Assembly (NCBI GenBank): GCA_973895155.1 | Contig: OZ316895.1 | Span: 22,642,558 to 22,706,557, forward strand | Reading direction: 5' to 3' | Length of the DNA stretch: 64,000 bases | Source of the DNA: Marsupella aquatica | Lineage: Eukaryota > Plantae > Marchantiophyta | Shown: in pieces, positions 51,136-62,845 of the stretch | Layout: each line of letters starts with the position of its first letter | Numbering within the stretch: position 1 is the first letter of the stretch | The notes under the pieces: generated by a model | The model's database searches: none | The model's input: only the letters and a program-made list of their open reading frames with translations | What the model was told of the DNA's origin: nothing | Translations under genes and position numbers: made by a program

Positions 51136-54061
51136 CTGTAGTGTGCAACCATGGCGGTGGCTGCATTTCGGAGAGTGAGGCAAGCGCAATGTATCCCCGC
51201 ATTGTACCAATCAGTTCAACGGGCGCTTTATTCCACGGCCGTGGCTAACGAGGAGGTGTACACTAGATTTGGGAGCTCCAAGGACAAGTCTCATGTCTCA
51301 TGGCCGAAGCAGCTCAATGAGGACCTGGCAGTGATCGACCCGGAAATTACAGACATCATAGAGAAGGAGAAGAACCGGCAATGGAAGGGGCTGGAGCTCA
51401 TCCCTTCGGAGAATTTCACTTCGCTTTCAGTTATGCAGGCGGTTGGCTCGATCATGACAAACAAGTACAGCGAGGGCTACCCCGGTGCTCGGTACTACGG
51501 TGGCAATGAATTCATTGACATGGCCGAGACCTTGTGCCAAAAGAGAGCGTTGGAGGCCTTCCGTTTGGACCCTGCCAAATGGGGAGTGAATGTTCAATCG
51601 CTCTCTGGTTCTCCTTCCAACTTTCAGGTCTACACGGCTTTGTTGAAGGCGCATGACCGAATCATGGCTCTGGATCTTCCTCACGGTGGGCACTTGTCAC
51701 ATGGGTACCAGACGGATACCAAGAAGATTTCGGCCGTGTCCATCTTCTTTGAAACTATGCCATACCGTCTTAATGAGACCACTGGATTGATTGATTATGA
51801 CCAGATTGAGAAATCTGCAGCTTTGTTCAGACCGAAGTTAATTGTGGCTGGGGCAAGTGCATACGCCAGGCATTACGAGTATGCAAGGATGCGGGAGATC
51901 TGTGACAAGCAGAAGGCAATCCTCCTCGCGGATATGGCGCATATTAGTGGGCTTGTTGCCGCAGGTGTGGTCCCGTCTCCCTTTGAGTTTGCAGATATTG
52001 TGACAACCACCACACACAAGTCGCTGAGGGGGCCAAGAGGAGCTATGATCTTTTACCGGAAGGGATTGAAGGAAGTGAACAAGAAGGGAGAAGAGGTTTT
52101 CTATGACTTTGAGGATAAGATTAATGCGGCGGTTTTCCCCGGTCTTCAAGGGGGCCCTCACAACCATACCATTACTGGCCTTGCAGTCGCGCTGAAGCAG
52201 GCAGCAACTCCGGAATTCAAGACCTATCAGGAACAGGTTCTGAGCAACTGTGCTCGGTTTGCTCAATCCCTAGGGGAGAAAGGTTATGATCTAGTTTCCG
52301 GTGGCACAAGTAATCATCTTGTGTTGGTCAATCTAAAGAACAAGGGCATTGATGGATCCAGAGTCGAGAGGGTTATGGAGCTGGCCCATATTGCTGCTAA
52401 CAAAAACACCGTGCCAGGGGACGTATCTGCACTGGTTCCCGGAGGAATTCGTATGGGAACACCAGCGCTAACCTCAAGAGGGTTTACTGAAGAGGATTTT
52501 GAGAAGGTCGCTGAATACTTCGACCAGGCTGTGCAGCTAGCTGTGAAAGCGAAGGCTTCTACCAAAGGTAAGAAGCTTGTTGACTTCAAAGCGACACTGG
52601 AGAGCAATGCTGAACTAAAACAGGAGATTGCAGGTCTGCGACATGAGGTGGAGGACTTTGCCAAATCTTTCCCCACTATTGGGTTTGAGACCGCTTCTAT
52701 GAAGTATAAAGACTAGATGCTCAGTAGTATCTAGTCTATCTCTGAAGTAGACTGTGCCCACTTCTTCCAGAGTTCACTCTCACTGGATAGCAAATTTTCT
52801 AGTAATTAGAGTTTGCGATCTCTGTACAGAATTTAGGCTTTCTCTTTCTAAAATGTATCAACATTCTGTTATATACTCTCCACTGTAACTGGCCTTCTCA
52901 GTCAGGTGGGACTAGGTTCAATATGAGCACGCGAATGCCTATTTTTTCTTTTGAAACATTTTTTCAACGTTCATCGGACTTTACCAAGGACGTTGGAGAT
53001 TTCATACAACATCGATGTTTCTCAGTGACGATAACGACGATAAAGAACTGTTGTTTTGGATGTTCGGGTAAATTGGTAACTTTTTTGCTAGCTGAGACAA
53101 GATCAAAGGATATTGCGCAATTTCAAGGAATCTAGTTGTCCTCTCTTTTGGTGCATGGGCTGACCGCTCTCTTTTACAACTTGGCTTCAAAAATAGGTTC
53201 CAATACCGACTCTTGCATGACTGTCTGTAAGTGGGATCTTTGTTGGCCTCGCTCCCTCTGCTGTGTGTCAAAGGTGGGTTCATATATGGGGAATTGATGA
53301 GCCGAATGGAGATTTGTGTTGCTGACAGCTCCCTATGGTCCCTATCAAACTTCAAAACTAGGGATTCAACATCGATGAGCTCGCAACTTTCGTGATTAAC
53401 AAGTTGAGATCTACACATTGGAACAAGTTTTAAAACTACCTGAAGCAACAATGGCAGATGCAAAGACTCGGTGGCATGCATTGCTGTGAGCTGTTTAGTG
53501 GAAACCTGATTCCTAGGTGGACACAGCCATCGTCAGCAGCCGGTTGTCATAAATGACAAAGATCTTCCTGGAGATAAGGTGTTGAGTGAAGGCTTTGCAA
53601 TACAGTCCCGCAGGCACCTCATAGAACATATTTGACCACTACGGATACCCCTTTTACACCATCTTGACAACAACTCGGATATCTCCATTTCCCTACTATT
53701 TAGTATTCCAATGCCCGTGTCCACAACTTGCAAATCTGATAAGTTATTAAGAGGACGAAAAATGGAGACCTTTCGATTTCTACCTGAGGTTGTTGGAGGT
53801 AAATATTCTTTTCTTATCTTTAAACCACAACTGCCCTTCAAAAGCTACCTGTTACCCGCAGTTACCATTAAAAGTAAATTTTTCCTGAAATTGTGGAGCA
53901 AACTGGCATGCTAGAGGAGAAGAGTGATTGAAATGTGAAAAAAGGGGGAGGTCTTGGACACTTCCCCTTATATAGGGCAAGTTGTGGTTTAAGTGTCAAA
54001 AAGTGTGCTCATGAGTCTTCTGAATTATATTTGGGCAACTCCACAAAATGTGGACCTTGCA
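51134..54061 (+). repeat. Segmental direct duplication, copy 1 (SHMT plus 3' flank); copy 2 at 61271 to beyond 64000
   Basis: Homology begins right after the (GA)n tracts, covers the CDS and ~1.1 kb of 3' flank (to tattcttttcttatcttt), and resumes at atgagtcttct...tggac.ttgca (54011-54061 vs 63950-64000). Confidence 0.92.
51151..52716 (+). CDS. SHMT: Mitochondrial serine hydroxymethyltransferase (SHM1/2 type), intronless, copy 1
   Basis: 521-aa uninterrupted ORF; Arg-rich presequence; [28 protein letters not shown]-lysine motif [33 protein letters not shown]. Confidence 0.97.
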   Translation: MAVAAFRRVRQAQCIPALYQSVQRALYSTAVANEEVYTRFGSSKDKSHVSWPKQLNEDLAVIDPEITDIIEKEKNRQWKGLELIPSENFTSLSVMQAVGSIMTNKYSEGYPGARYYGGNEFIDMAETLCQKRALEAFRLDPAKWGVNVQSLSGSPSNFQVYTALLKAHDRIMALDLPHGGHLSHGYQTDTKKISAVSIFFETMPYRLNETTGLIDYDQIEKSAALFRPKLIVAGASAYARHYEYARMREICDKQKAILLADMAHISGLVAAGVVPSPFEFADIVTTTTHKSLRGPRGAMIFYRKGLKEVNKKGEEVFYDFEDKINAAVFPGLQGGPHNHTITGLAVALKQAATPEFKTYQEQVLSNCARFAQSLGEKGYDLVSGGTSNHLVLVNLKNKGIDGSRVERVMELAHIAANKNTVPGDVSALVPGGIRMGTPALTSRGFTEEDFEKVAEYFDQAVQLAVKAKASTKGKKLVDFKATLESNAELKQEIAGLRHEVEDFAKSFPTIGFETASMKYKD

Positions 54062-54121
54062 AGACAGGCTTACCAAGGTTGATTTTGGGGTGACACTATA
54101 TACCTGAGCGTTAAGTAGTAA

Positions 54122-54691
54122 CAGCTTTTTACTAACCTGTCCCCCAAATCATCCTAATTTACTGACGTGCCCCCAAAACAAATTTATTTATCACCTTGCC
54201 CCCCATTTCGTATCTGGGTTAACTTTTAACTCACTATCGGGTTTAGGGTGTAACATGGCGAGTCGCTATAGGCTGAGCTTAACTCGCCGGGCCTTCCTTT
54301 ACCCCCCTTCCCTTCTCCCCTGCCCAACACCATTGCAGGCCTTCCCCCTCCCGGTCGTCCCTCCCGAAAACTGGTCACCCCTCCGAAAGTGATCCTCGAG
54401 AGGCAACGAGTCATTTTTGGGACGGCATGGAAGGGCGACTCTTTAGCGGGGTCGCATTTTAAGTCCTCCCGGGCCTGCGATGGTGTCAGGCAGGGAGAAG
54501 GGAAGGGGGGATAAAGGAGAGCCCGGTGAGTTAAGCTCAGCCTATAGCGAGCCACCACGTTGCACCCTAAACCCGATCGTAAGTTAAAAGTTAACCCACA
54601 TGCAAAATGGGGGCCAAGGTGATAAATAAATTTGTTTCAGGGGCACGTCAGTAAATTTGGGTGATTTGGGGGACAGGTTAATAAAAAGCTG
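54122..54691. mobile_element. Mutator-like foldback MITE, 570 bp, with ~220-bp TIRs
   Basis: Arms 54122-54341 and 54472-54691 are imperfect reverse complements (cagctttttactaacctgtcccccaaatca... / ...tgatttgggggacaggttaataaaaagctg); 10-bp TSD taagtagtaa / taaatagtaa. Confidence 0.88.
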
Positions 54692-55794
54692 TAAATAGTA
54701 ATGGCTAATATTATGTGAGCAAGAACAATTCACTATGATTTTTGGTGGGTTGTTAAAATTTTAGGGTTGAAGGTTTATGAATTCAAACCTGAGAAGTCAA
54801 ATTGCGATATCTCCTTACTACAAATCTAAGACAACATTGCAATGACTGACAAAGTCAATTTGGGAGCCAAAACTCACTAATCCTTAGACTAATGGCTGGG
54901 GTTGGGCATGGGGACCCTTTGTGACTGTCATGACAGATTTTTAGAACCATACAATAATTACTATTCATGGTGATAAAAATGCACAATTACAATTGTTTTG
55001 TTACAGTAGGTTGGGTCCCCCAAACTAGACTAACTATTTTTAAATGTGTGTAAAACTAAATGAGCACAAACCTGAAAAAGCTAAGAAAACCTAGTAGACA
55101 GAGAGTCATCCGGGAGGCCAGTCGGGAGGAAGTCTCGCAAGTGCTCAAACATCATCCTAGAAAGACCACAATTTATCAATTTTTGGAGGTTAATGTTATC
55201 TTTTCTTCCCCCTCCAAAAATTATCTTTTTTAATGGTGTTGGAGGGAAGAAAAAAGGGGAGGGATGGAGAGAGGCATAGCAAAGAGAAAAGAAAGGTAGT
55301 GCATTGGGGGGGGGGTATATATATAACTGTTCTCTCTCTCCGTGTATAGCACGGAGCAACCCACCTGGATCCCACAATGCTTTGGATGTTCTTACAAGTC
55401 TTGCGTGCCCCCCCTGGCCTCACCCTCACCTTCCTCAACAGCATCACTTTCACAACAACAACATCAACTAAAATGAAAACGGTGTTGCACAAACAACCAT
55501 GCACCTCAATGACAGTTTTGCAACCATAACATGAGTACATGCATATCACAGTTGGAATGACAACACTTCTGCAACAATCACATGCATGGCCGTAATGACA
55601 ATCCAATTGAAACAACAACTAACTTTCAAAACCACAACATAATTGTAGTGACAACCCAACCCAAGGAGAACACAGACAATCATAATGAGAATAGGGCTCA
55701 AAAATCAACTTTTCCTCCACAAGATTTCTTTCCCTGAATGACTTCCTCCACAACTCGTTTTGCACAATGATTTGATTTACTTAATGGCATCATC

Positions 55795-56120
55795 AATATT
55801 TTTTTGCTCATTGACATATTTTACGCGCGCATCGACATCTTTTCTTTCCTTAACATCTTTTTCACTCCTTGACATCTTCTCCTCACCTCAAATATTTTCC
55901 CACCTTGACATATTTTTCTCTCCTCAACATTCTTTCTCACCTCGGCATTTTTTCCTCACCTCAACATCTTTTTGTCACCTTGCCATCTTTTCTCTCCCTG
56001 ACAACTTTTTCTCACCTTGGTCTTTTTCTCTCACCTCACCATCTTTTTCTCTCATTGACATCTTTTTTCACCTTGATATCTTTTCCTCACCTTGACATAT
56101 TTTCACACATCAACATATTT
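55795..56120. repeat. Pyrimidine-rich degenerate tandem repeat (~19-20-bp unit, cttgacatcttttcctcac)
   Basis: More than ten degenerate copies read directly. Confidence 0.75.
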
Positions 56121-56437
56121 TGTGCAACGCACAGGCATCGAGCTAGTTACTTCAATATTAAGGAGATATATATCCCATGGTGAGGAATAAGGCTTTATTC
56201 ATATGTAAAGCAAGATGACTCAACAGAGTCTAAAAGATGAATGCCCAGAAGGTAGTTATGTTTTTGACAACAATCAGTTGTCAAAAGAATGTCCATCTAT
56301 AATGACAAAAATCAACGTCAGATGTAATCTATAATGTGGAAGTATCGAGTGTAACTATCTAGAACCTATCAAATGAATGTTAAATCTATCGACAATGCCT
56401 CACAAGCTAATGTGTGTAGTTTACTATCTATAATGCG

Positions 56438-58575
56438 TCACAGGCTATGATGTGACAAATTCAATGAGAGTCCAGAGAACGGTCCTCCTCCATCTCCACC
56501 TCTTGGAGGCGCCCCTCCATGAGGACCAAAGTTGAGGCTGACAGGGAGGCTGAAGCTGCATCCATTCATAGTGGAGTTAGTCAATGCTTTAATCTTTTCA
56601 AAAACAGTGTTAATTTACTCAATTAACAATCGCCATATTTGGCAGCCAGGCAATACCCTTAAATCTTGGGTCAAAACCAAGGTCTGAACAACTCAAAGCA
56701 TCCCAATCCATGGACTAAAAAAAACATTCAAGTCATCATCCTGTTTCTCTTCAATGAAACCCGTTGGAACATCATTGTCTAGTGTGCTCAAGCCTTGTTT
56801 AATAGTAGGTGCGAAAAGCTACGCTCATAGCTTGTGTGACAACTTCAGTAGCTAGGACCTCCATAACCGGCTTGATTACTTGCTGAATTGAAGGAGAGTG
56901 GGCTCTACTTCTATCATAGAAGCGGGCATAGAAGACAGGGTCAACTCTGCAGAATTTGCACCTTGATCGGCACCTGCACTCACCAAGAAAAGAACGAGTC
57001 AGAGTTATATTCACAAACAACAAAACCAACCAAAATTATGCATAATGAAGTAAGACAACTTTATTACCTTTGGATGGCAGCAACTTGGTTTTGTCCATTA
57101 GTTTCTTAGGCAGTGGCTCGTCCACTACAGAAATATCAGGCCCACTAGAGAAATATCAGGCCCAGACACATCTTCATACTTCTCCCCATCAATAAGCGCC
57201 CTCTTGGGCCCTTTCCTGTCTCCAAAGTCACTGTCTCAAGGTAAGGTGTCCCATCTGTGGCATATCTGAGTGCAACTCACACTTTAGCCTCTGTGTTGCG
57301 GTTGTACCTCTCATACACACTCCCGCTTTTGTGGCCAGAGATCTTCATTCCAACATTTGGTGAAATGCCCTCAGCTCCCATATGAGAGATACAAGTGGTG
57401 CGCCCAATTTTATTAGACACACCATCAGTACCAAGGCCAACCTGTTGATGCAACACTTTCAGACAAGAGCCAAGGGTCGTCTCACCAAGTCTCAACGTCG
57501 AGTACCATGTATGTGTTTGTGGGTGGTCAATGCATAGGTAGAAAGAAACATAGCACTTATAGGTAGATGATGTATTAACATTAAAATGTGTTGACCACAT
57601 CAAGGTCATAGTCAATCATAGCAGGTCTGAAACGCTCCTCTTGATATCAATCCATACTCACTCTACAGTTCTTGCTAAGACATTCATCATATTGCACGAA
57701 ATCACCATGGACGTCAGTTGCAAAAATAAAATCAGACTTCATCAGATTATAGAACGCTCCTTACCGCCACAGACACAAAACCGATTCAACAGAAAGAAAA
57801 CTGCCCTCCTCCGCAGGCCGCACAAGTGTGAGACAGAGGTACTCAAATGAGCCAATATTGTGGCCTCATCTGCAAAAGTAATGATAGAGGCATTCTTCCT
57901 CGGCAAATTAGCGCCTGCCTTCTTTGATCGCTCCACACACACACACACACACACAAACTACTGGCTTGAAGAGAGGCAAAGATCACATGTCAAACACTTG
58001 TTCTTCCTTACCTATTTCAGCCACACGCTTGTTTCTTCTGCAAAATATGGTGAAACGTATGGTAAAGACCCATCAAGGTATGTGAGGAATAGAGCTTATC
58101 GTCCTTCTTGCAGACCTACTCAAAGAACTTTGTCAAAAGCAATATATACACACTCTTGGCCAGGCATCTCCTCCAACAGAAGACTAGTGTTCCACGTTTT
58201 AAACTCACAGAACTTAGGAAGGCGGTTAGCAGCCCATCGATCAACCGCAGCACTAGGATTACTACCACCCTCGGATTGAAAGGGTGCATTGAAACTTTGC
58301 ATCTTCAGGTAAGAACTCACAAGAAGTTTTGTTGGGGAGATTCACTATAAGTTGTTGCGAGATCAAAATGCTCAAGTGCAATAATATTAATATCCGGGTC
58401 CCCATCAAGGTCCCCATTCAGATTTTGGATGTCTGATTCTAAAACAAAGCAAGAATAGGCATCGGATGAAGTTTAGCCTACTAGATTGCAGATTGTTCCA
58501 CCAGCGACTGCACCATTGGATGCCATTGTCGACATTCCAAGGTTGAATGACGGCCCTTCATCCTTGTTCAAGTCT
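56438..58575 (-). mobile_element. Decayed Crypton-like tyrosine recombinase (DUF3504-type) gene
   Basis: Minus-strand translation across frameshifts and stops gives colinear motifs: LEEMP..LLTKFFE*VCKKDDKLYSSHTL; ERSKKAGANLPRKNASIITFADE; LCGLRRRAVFFLLNRFCVCGGKE; YNLMKSDF..DVHGDFVQYDECLSKN; WYSTLRLGETTL..VGL..VSNKIGRTTCISHM..GMKISGHKSGSVYERY; then a gtgagt donor and a tail NSTMNGCSFSL. The core at 57277-58250 is firmer than the ends. Confidence 0.75.
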
Positions 58576-59310
58576 GGTTACAACGTAAGAAAATTGTTCA
58601 GTAAATTGAAACAAAGCTGCCTTAACCGGCTGTACAGTAGTCAAACGCTTGGGAGAAGACAAAGTTTGGGAGACAATGGTGAGGACGAAGTTGATAGTCA
58701 AATGACATGAATGTAAGAAAATGGACAACAAAACCTGGGGATAGTTTTGAAGGCATCTGAAGAGCCTTCGATCACAACTACCACGTGCAGGAAGCTAAGA
58801 AGGATGCGCAAACAACAGGACAGGGCATGATGAGTTAGCCATTCTGCATAAATCAGCTTGATCATAAACAACTTAACACCTGGCTGATTTTGGAGAAAAC
58901 AACACACATTCAACAATTTTCATTAGTTCACCAGGCCCTATGTTCGTACACAATCATCGCAGCTGATCCTCGCAAATGGATCACATAAGGAGGCACAAAT
59001 GAGAGCAACTTAATGCGGTCAAATGCAAGAAAAATCTCAGAGTTGCAAATGGCTCTTGACTGTGAGAAACAAAAGGCAACGAGTAAACAGTCTTTATCCG
59101 GAACTGTCAACATATTTTAACATAATCAGATTGAGAGTTGAGAGTAAAGCATTTGATATATTCAGAGTAAAGCTAAGCATTCAACATATTTTGCACAAAG
59201 CATTCAACAGATTCCAAATAGTCATGGCGAAAGAATATCCAGGCATACATCAAAACCAAAGCTATTGATCTACAAATTAAAAAGAAATTGTGATACTAGC
59301 CACTCGCTCC

Positions 59311-59378
59311 TAGATGCGCTTGACAGATGTGATGACAGATGTGCTTGACCAATGCGCTCCCAGATGCGCTCGACCGAC
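59311..59378. repeat. Short degenerate tandem repeat (agatgcgcttgac-like x5)
   Basis: Direct reading of sequence. Confidence 0.6.
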
Positions 59379-60030
59379 CACTCACAAGTGTTAGAAATTG
59401 ACTCTCAGTTCTTGACTTCTAGTTAGTTTGGCCTTACTAGGGTTAGTTGGCCCTTGGTTAGTTTAGGATAAGATACACTTATTTAGACTCACACATCTTA
59501 GTCCCACTTTGGGGGGTATAGGTTGGAGGGAGAACATTCTCTCCCTTATTCTTCACATGTACTTTCATATGCTAACGATCCTTCAGGAGTTTCTCCACCC
59601 GGAGTGTTTCATCGGTGTAGCATCTGATTGAGTGTCTCTCTCATATTTCGCATTGTTGCCTAGTCCGGAGTCGACGGTTTTTTACAACAAGCTCCCAGCT
59701 GCTCATCCAAAGTTCACAAACTTGATCCAAATGGCACCTCCGCAGTCGGCACCCAATCGCAACAAGGAACGACTAGAATCCGAATGGCTCGTCTGCAAGG
59801 CAAATTTCCAGCCTAACGACATTTCCAGAAAGTAGGATGGGAAGTGGCAAAATGTCACTGCTCTCTTAGATTAGGTAATGCCCATCCAGGAATCAACCGG
59901 CTTGGTGGACAAAATGTCAGCCGTCCAATAGCGGGACATTCGTTGGATGTCGATGCAGGATCGCCCTAGTAAACCCCTTGCATTTTCCATCGTCGGATGG
60001 AATCTCAAACTAATCTGGACCATGTGTTTT

Positions 60031-60212
60031 AAATGGAGGGCCGCGATTAGCTGTAGGTCGAACAACCTGAATGGAGGGCCAAGATTGGCCGTGGGTTGAG
60101 CAGCCTGGAATGGAAGGTCGAGATTTGCCTCGAGAAGGGCGGTTCCATATGGAGGGCCAGGATTTGCCTTGATAAGGGCGATCCTAAATGGAGGGTTAAG
60201 ATTGGCCGCAAT
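60031..60212. repeat. Five copies of aatggagggccaagattggcc at ~38-bp period (TE subterminal-type repeat)
   Basis: Copies near 60032, 60070, 60109, 60149, 60187. Confidence 0.7.
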
Positions 60213-60413
60213 TAGAATAGCACCTACAGCTGCGGGATGTCGGAAGCTGATATGGCCACTTCATGAGTGTACATTAATCTTGGCCCTTCAATTTGGAATG
60301 AACGGCCGAGATGGGTTGCAACAATGGCAGATGCACGGGCTGGAGGATGCGAGCCATTCAATCTGGACTGCCAATATCCATTTACAAAACCCATGATCCT
60401 TAACACATATTTA

Positions 60414-60525
60414 GGGTCCCGTGGTGCCCTTAATGTGGTATGGGGGTTCCCGTACACCTCCCCACTCCCGAGGGTCGGCATACGGTCGACCCCAATACCC
60501 CATTAAAAGAGGCACCGAGGGACCA
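60414..60525. mobile_element. 112-bp hairpin/mini-MITE
   Basis: ~45-bp imperfect inverted arms ggtcccgtggtgcc..taatgtggtatggggg..ccgta / tacgg..ccccaatacc.catta..ggcaccgagggacc; flanked by tta / tga. Confidence 0.6.
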
Positions 60526-61220
60526 TGAACATATATATACGTAAAGCTCTCACACAAGATATATGCTTAGTAGACCCCCTTTCTGAAAACATTTTGCTTA
60601 ATCAGCCCTCCGCATACTTTTCCCCAATCTGGACCGTTGATGGACCTTTCGATCTCAGATCGGGACCGTTGATAGACCTCAAGGGGTCGACCAAGTAACA
60701 AGTTTCATTTTGGGGGTCAATCAAGCAAATACCTCCCCTCAGACATAGACCCTTATATTCATACGGTTCGTTTTTGATGAGAGACAATACTCCCAGACCG
60801 TATATCCATACTGTTCGTTTTTGATGAGAGAAAATCCTGGATAAAAGTGCTGATGTGTCAAAAAAAAATGAGTGAAGACGAAACTGAATGAACGACTAGA
60901 GGACCTTAACGGAGCCCGAAGCCAGCCTCCGTGCACCTGCCTCCGCTCGCTCGCCTGCGGCCTGCCTCCGCCGAGAAGGAAAGGAAATGATGTCATCAGG
61001 ATTATTCTTGTCACCAGGCTCTCAGACACAACACCACCATTGAAAAAGATAGGACGCGAGTGCGACGGAGTGGAAAGGGACTTGGTTATTTGGAAGATGG
61101 GCATCATTCTAACGAGAGGCTCCGAGTGCACTGTGTGGCTGCCCAGATTTTGATTCCATCACTGTGGATACAAGTACGCTGACTGGCCATTTCTTATGCA
61201 TTCTCCTCATAATCTTATGT

Positions 61221-61223
<3 letters not shown>

Positions 61224-61270
<47 letters not shown>
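61224..61270 (+). repeat. (GA)23 microsatellite just upstream of the SHMT copy 2 ATG
   Basis: Direct reading of sequence. Confidence 0.95.
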
Positions 61271-61273
<3 letters not shown>

Positions 61274-61285
61274 TAGTGTGCAACC

Positions 61286-62845
61286 ATGGAGGTATTTCGG
61301 AGAGTGAGGCGAGCGCAATGTATCCCCGCATTGTACCAATCAGTTCAACGGGCGCTCTATTCCACGGCCGTGGCTAACGAGGAGGTGTACACTAGATTTG
61401 GGAGCTCCAAGGACAAGTCTCATGTCTCATGGCCGAAGCAGCTCAATGAGGACCTGGCAGTGATCGACCCGGAAATTACAGACATCATAGAGAAGGAGAA
61501 GAACCGGCAATGGAAGGGGCTGGAGCTCATCCCTTCGGAGAATTTCACTTCGCTTTCAGTTATGCAGGCGGTTGGCTCGATCATGACAAACAAGTACAGC
61601 GAGGGCTACCCCGGTGCTCGGTACTACGGTGGCAATGAATTCATTGACATGGCCGAGACCTTGTGCCAAAAGAGAGCGTTGGAGGCCTTCCGTTTGGACC
61701 CTGCCAAATGGGGAGTGAATGTTCAATCGCTCTCTGGTTCTCCTTCCAACTTTCAGGTCTACACGGCTTTGTTGAAGGCGCATGACCGAATCATGGCCCT
61801 GGATCTTCCTCACGGTGGGCACTTGTCACATGGGTACCAGACGGATACCAAGAAGATTTCGGCCGTGTCAATTTTCTTTGAAACTATGCCATACCGTCTT
61901 AATGAGACCACTGGATTGATTGATTATGACCAGATTGAGAAATCTGCAGCTTTGTTCAGACCGAAGTTAATTGTGGCTGGGGCAAGTGCATACGCCAGGC
62001 ATTACGAGTATGCAAGGATGCGGGAGATCTGTGACAAGCAGAAGGCAATCCTCCTCGCGGATATGGCGCATATTAGTGGGCTTGTTGCCGCAGGTGTGGT
62101 CCCGTCTCCCTTTGAGTTTGCAGATATTGTGACAACCACCACACACAAGTCGCTGAGGGGGCCAAGAGGAGCTATGATCTTTTACCGGAAGGGATTGAAG
62201 GAAGTGAACAAGAAGGGAGAAGAGGTTTTCTATGACTTTGAGGATAAGATTAATGCGGCGGTTTTCCCCGGTCTTCAAGGGGGCCCTCACAACCATACCA
62301 TTACTGGCCTTGCAGTCGCTCTGAAGCAGGCGGCAACTCCGGAATTCAAGACCTATCAGGAACAGGTTCTGAGCAACTGTTCTCGGTTTGCTCAATCCCT
62401 AGGGGAGAAAGGTTATGATCTAGTTTCCGGTGGCACAAGTAATCATCTTGTGTTGGTCAATCTAAAGAACAAGGGCATTGATGGATCCAGAGTCGAGAGG
62501 GTTATGGAGCTGGCCCATATTGCTGCTAACAAAAACACCGTGCCAGGGGACGTATCTGCACTGGTTCCCGGAGGAATTCGTATGGGAACACCAGCGCTAA
62601 CCTCAAGAGGGTTTACTGAAGAGGATTTTGAGAAGGTCGCTGAATACTTCGACCAGGCTGTGCAGCTAGCTGTGAAAGCGAAGGCTTCTACCAAAGGTAA
62701 GAAGCTTGTTGACTTCAAAGCGACACTGGAGAGCAATGCTGAACTAAAACAGGAGATTGCAGGTCTGCGACATGAGGTGGAGGACTTTGCCAAATCTTTC
62801 CCCACTATTGGGTTTGAGACGGCTTCTATGAAGTATAAAGATTAG
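61286..62845 (+). CDS. SHMT: Mitochondrial serine hydroxymethyltransferase, intronless, copy 2
   Basis: 519-aa ORF; differs from copy 1 only at the N-terminus ([11 protein letters not shown] vs [13 protein letters not shown]) and by one A>S change (NCSRF vs NCARF). Confidence 0.97.
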   Translation: MEVFRRVRRAQCIPALYQSVQRALYSTAVANEEVYTRFGSSKDKSHVSWPKQLNEDLAVIDPEITDIIEKEKNRQWKGLELIPSENFTSLSVMQAVGSIMTNKYSEGYPGARYYGGNEFIDMAETLCQKRALEAFRLDPAKWGVNVQSLSGSPSNFQVYTALLKAHDRIMALDLPHGGHLSHGYQTDTKKISAVSIFFETMPYRLNETTGLIDYDQIEKSAALFRPKLIVAGASAYARHYEYARMREICDKQKAILLADMAHISGLVAAGVVPSPFEFADIVTTTTHKSLRGPRGAMIFYRKGLKEVNKKGEEVFYDFEDKINAAVFPGLQGGPHNHTITGLAVALKQAATPEFKTYQEQVLSNCSRFAQSLGEKGYDLVSGGTSNHLVLVNLKNKGIDGSRVERVMELAHIAANKNTVPGDVSALVPGGIRMGTPALTSRGFTEEDFEKVAEYFDQAVQLAVKAKASTKGKKLVDFKATLESNAELKQEIAGLRHEVEDFAKSFPTIGFETASMKYKD

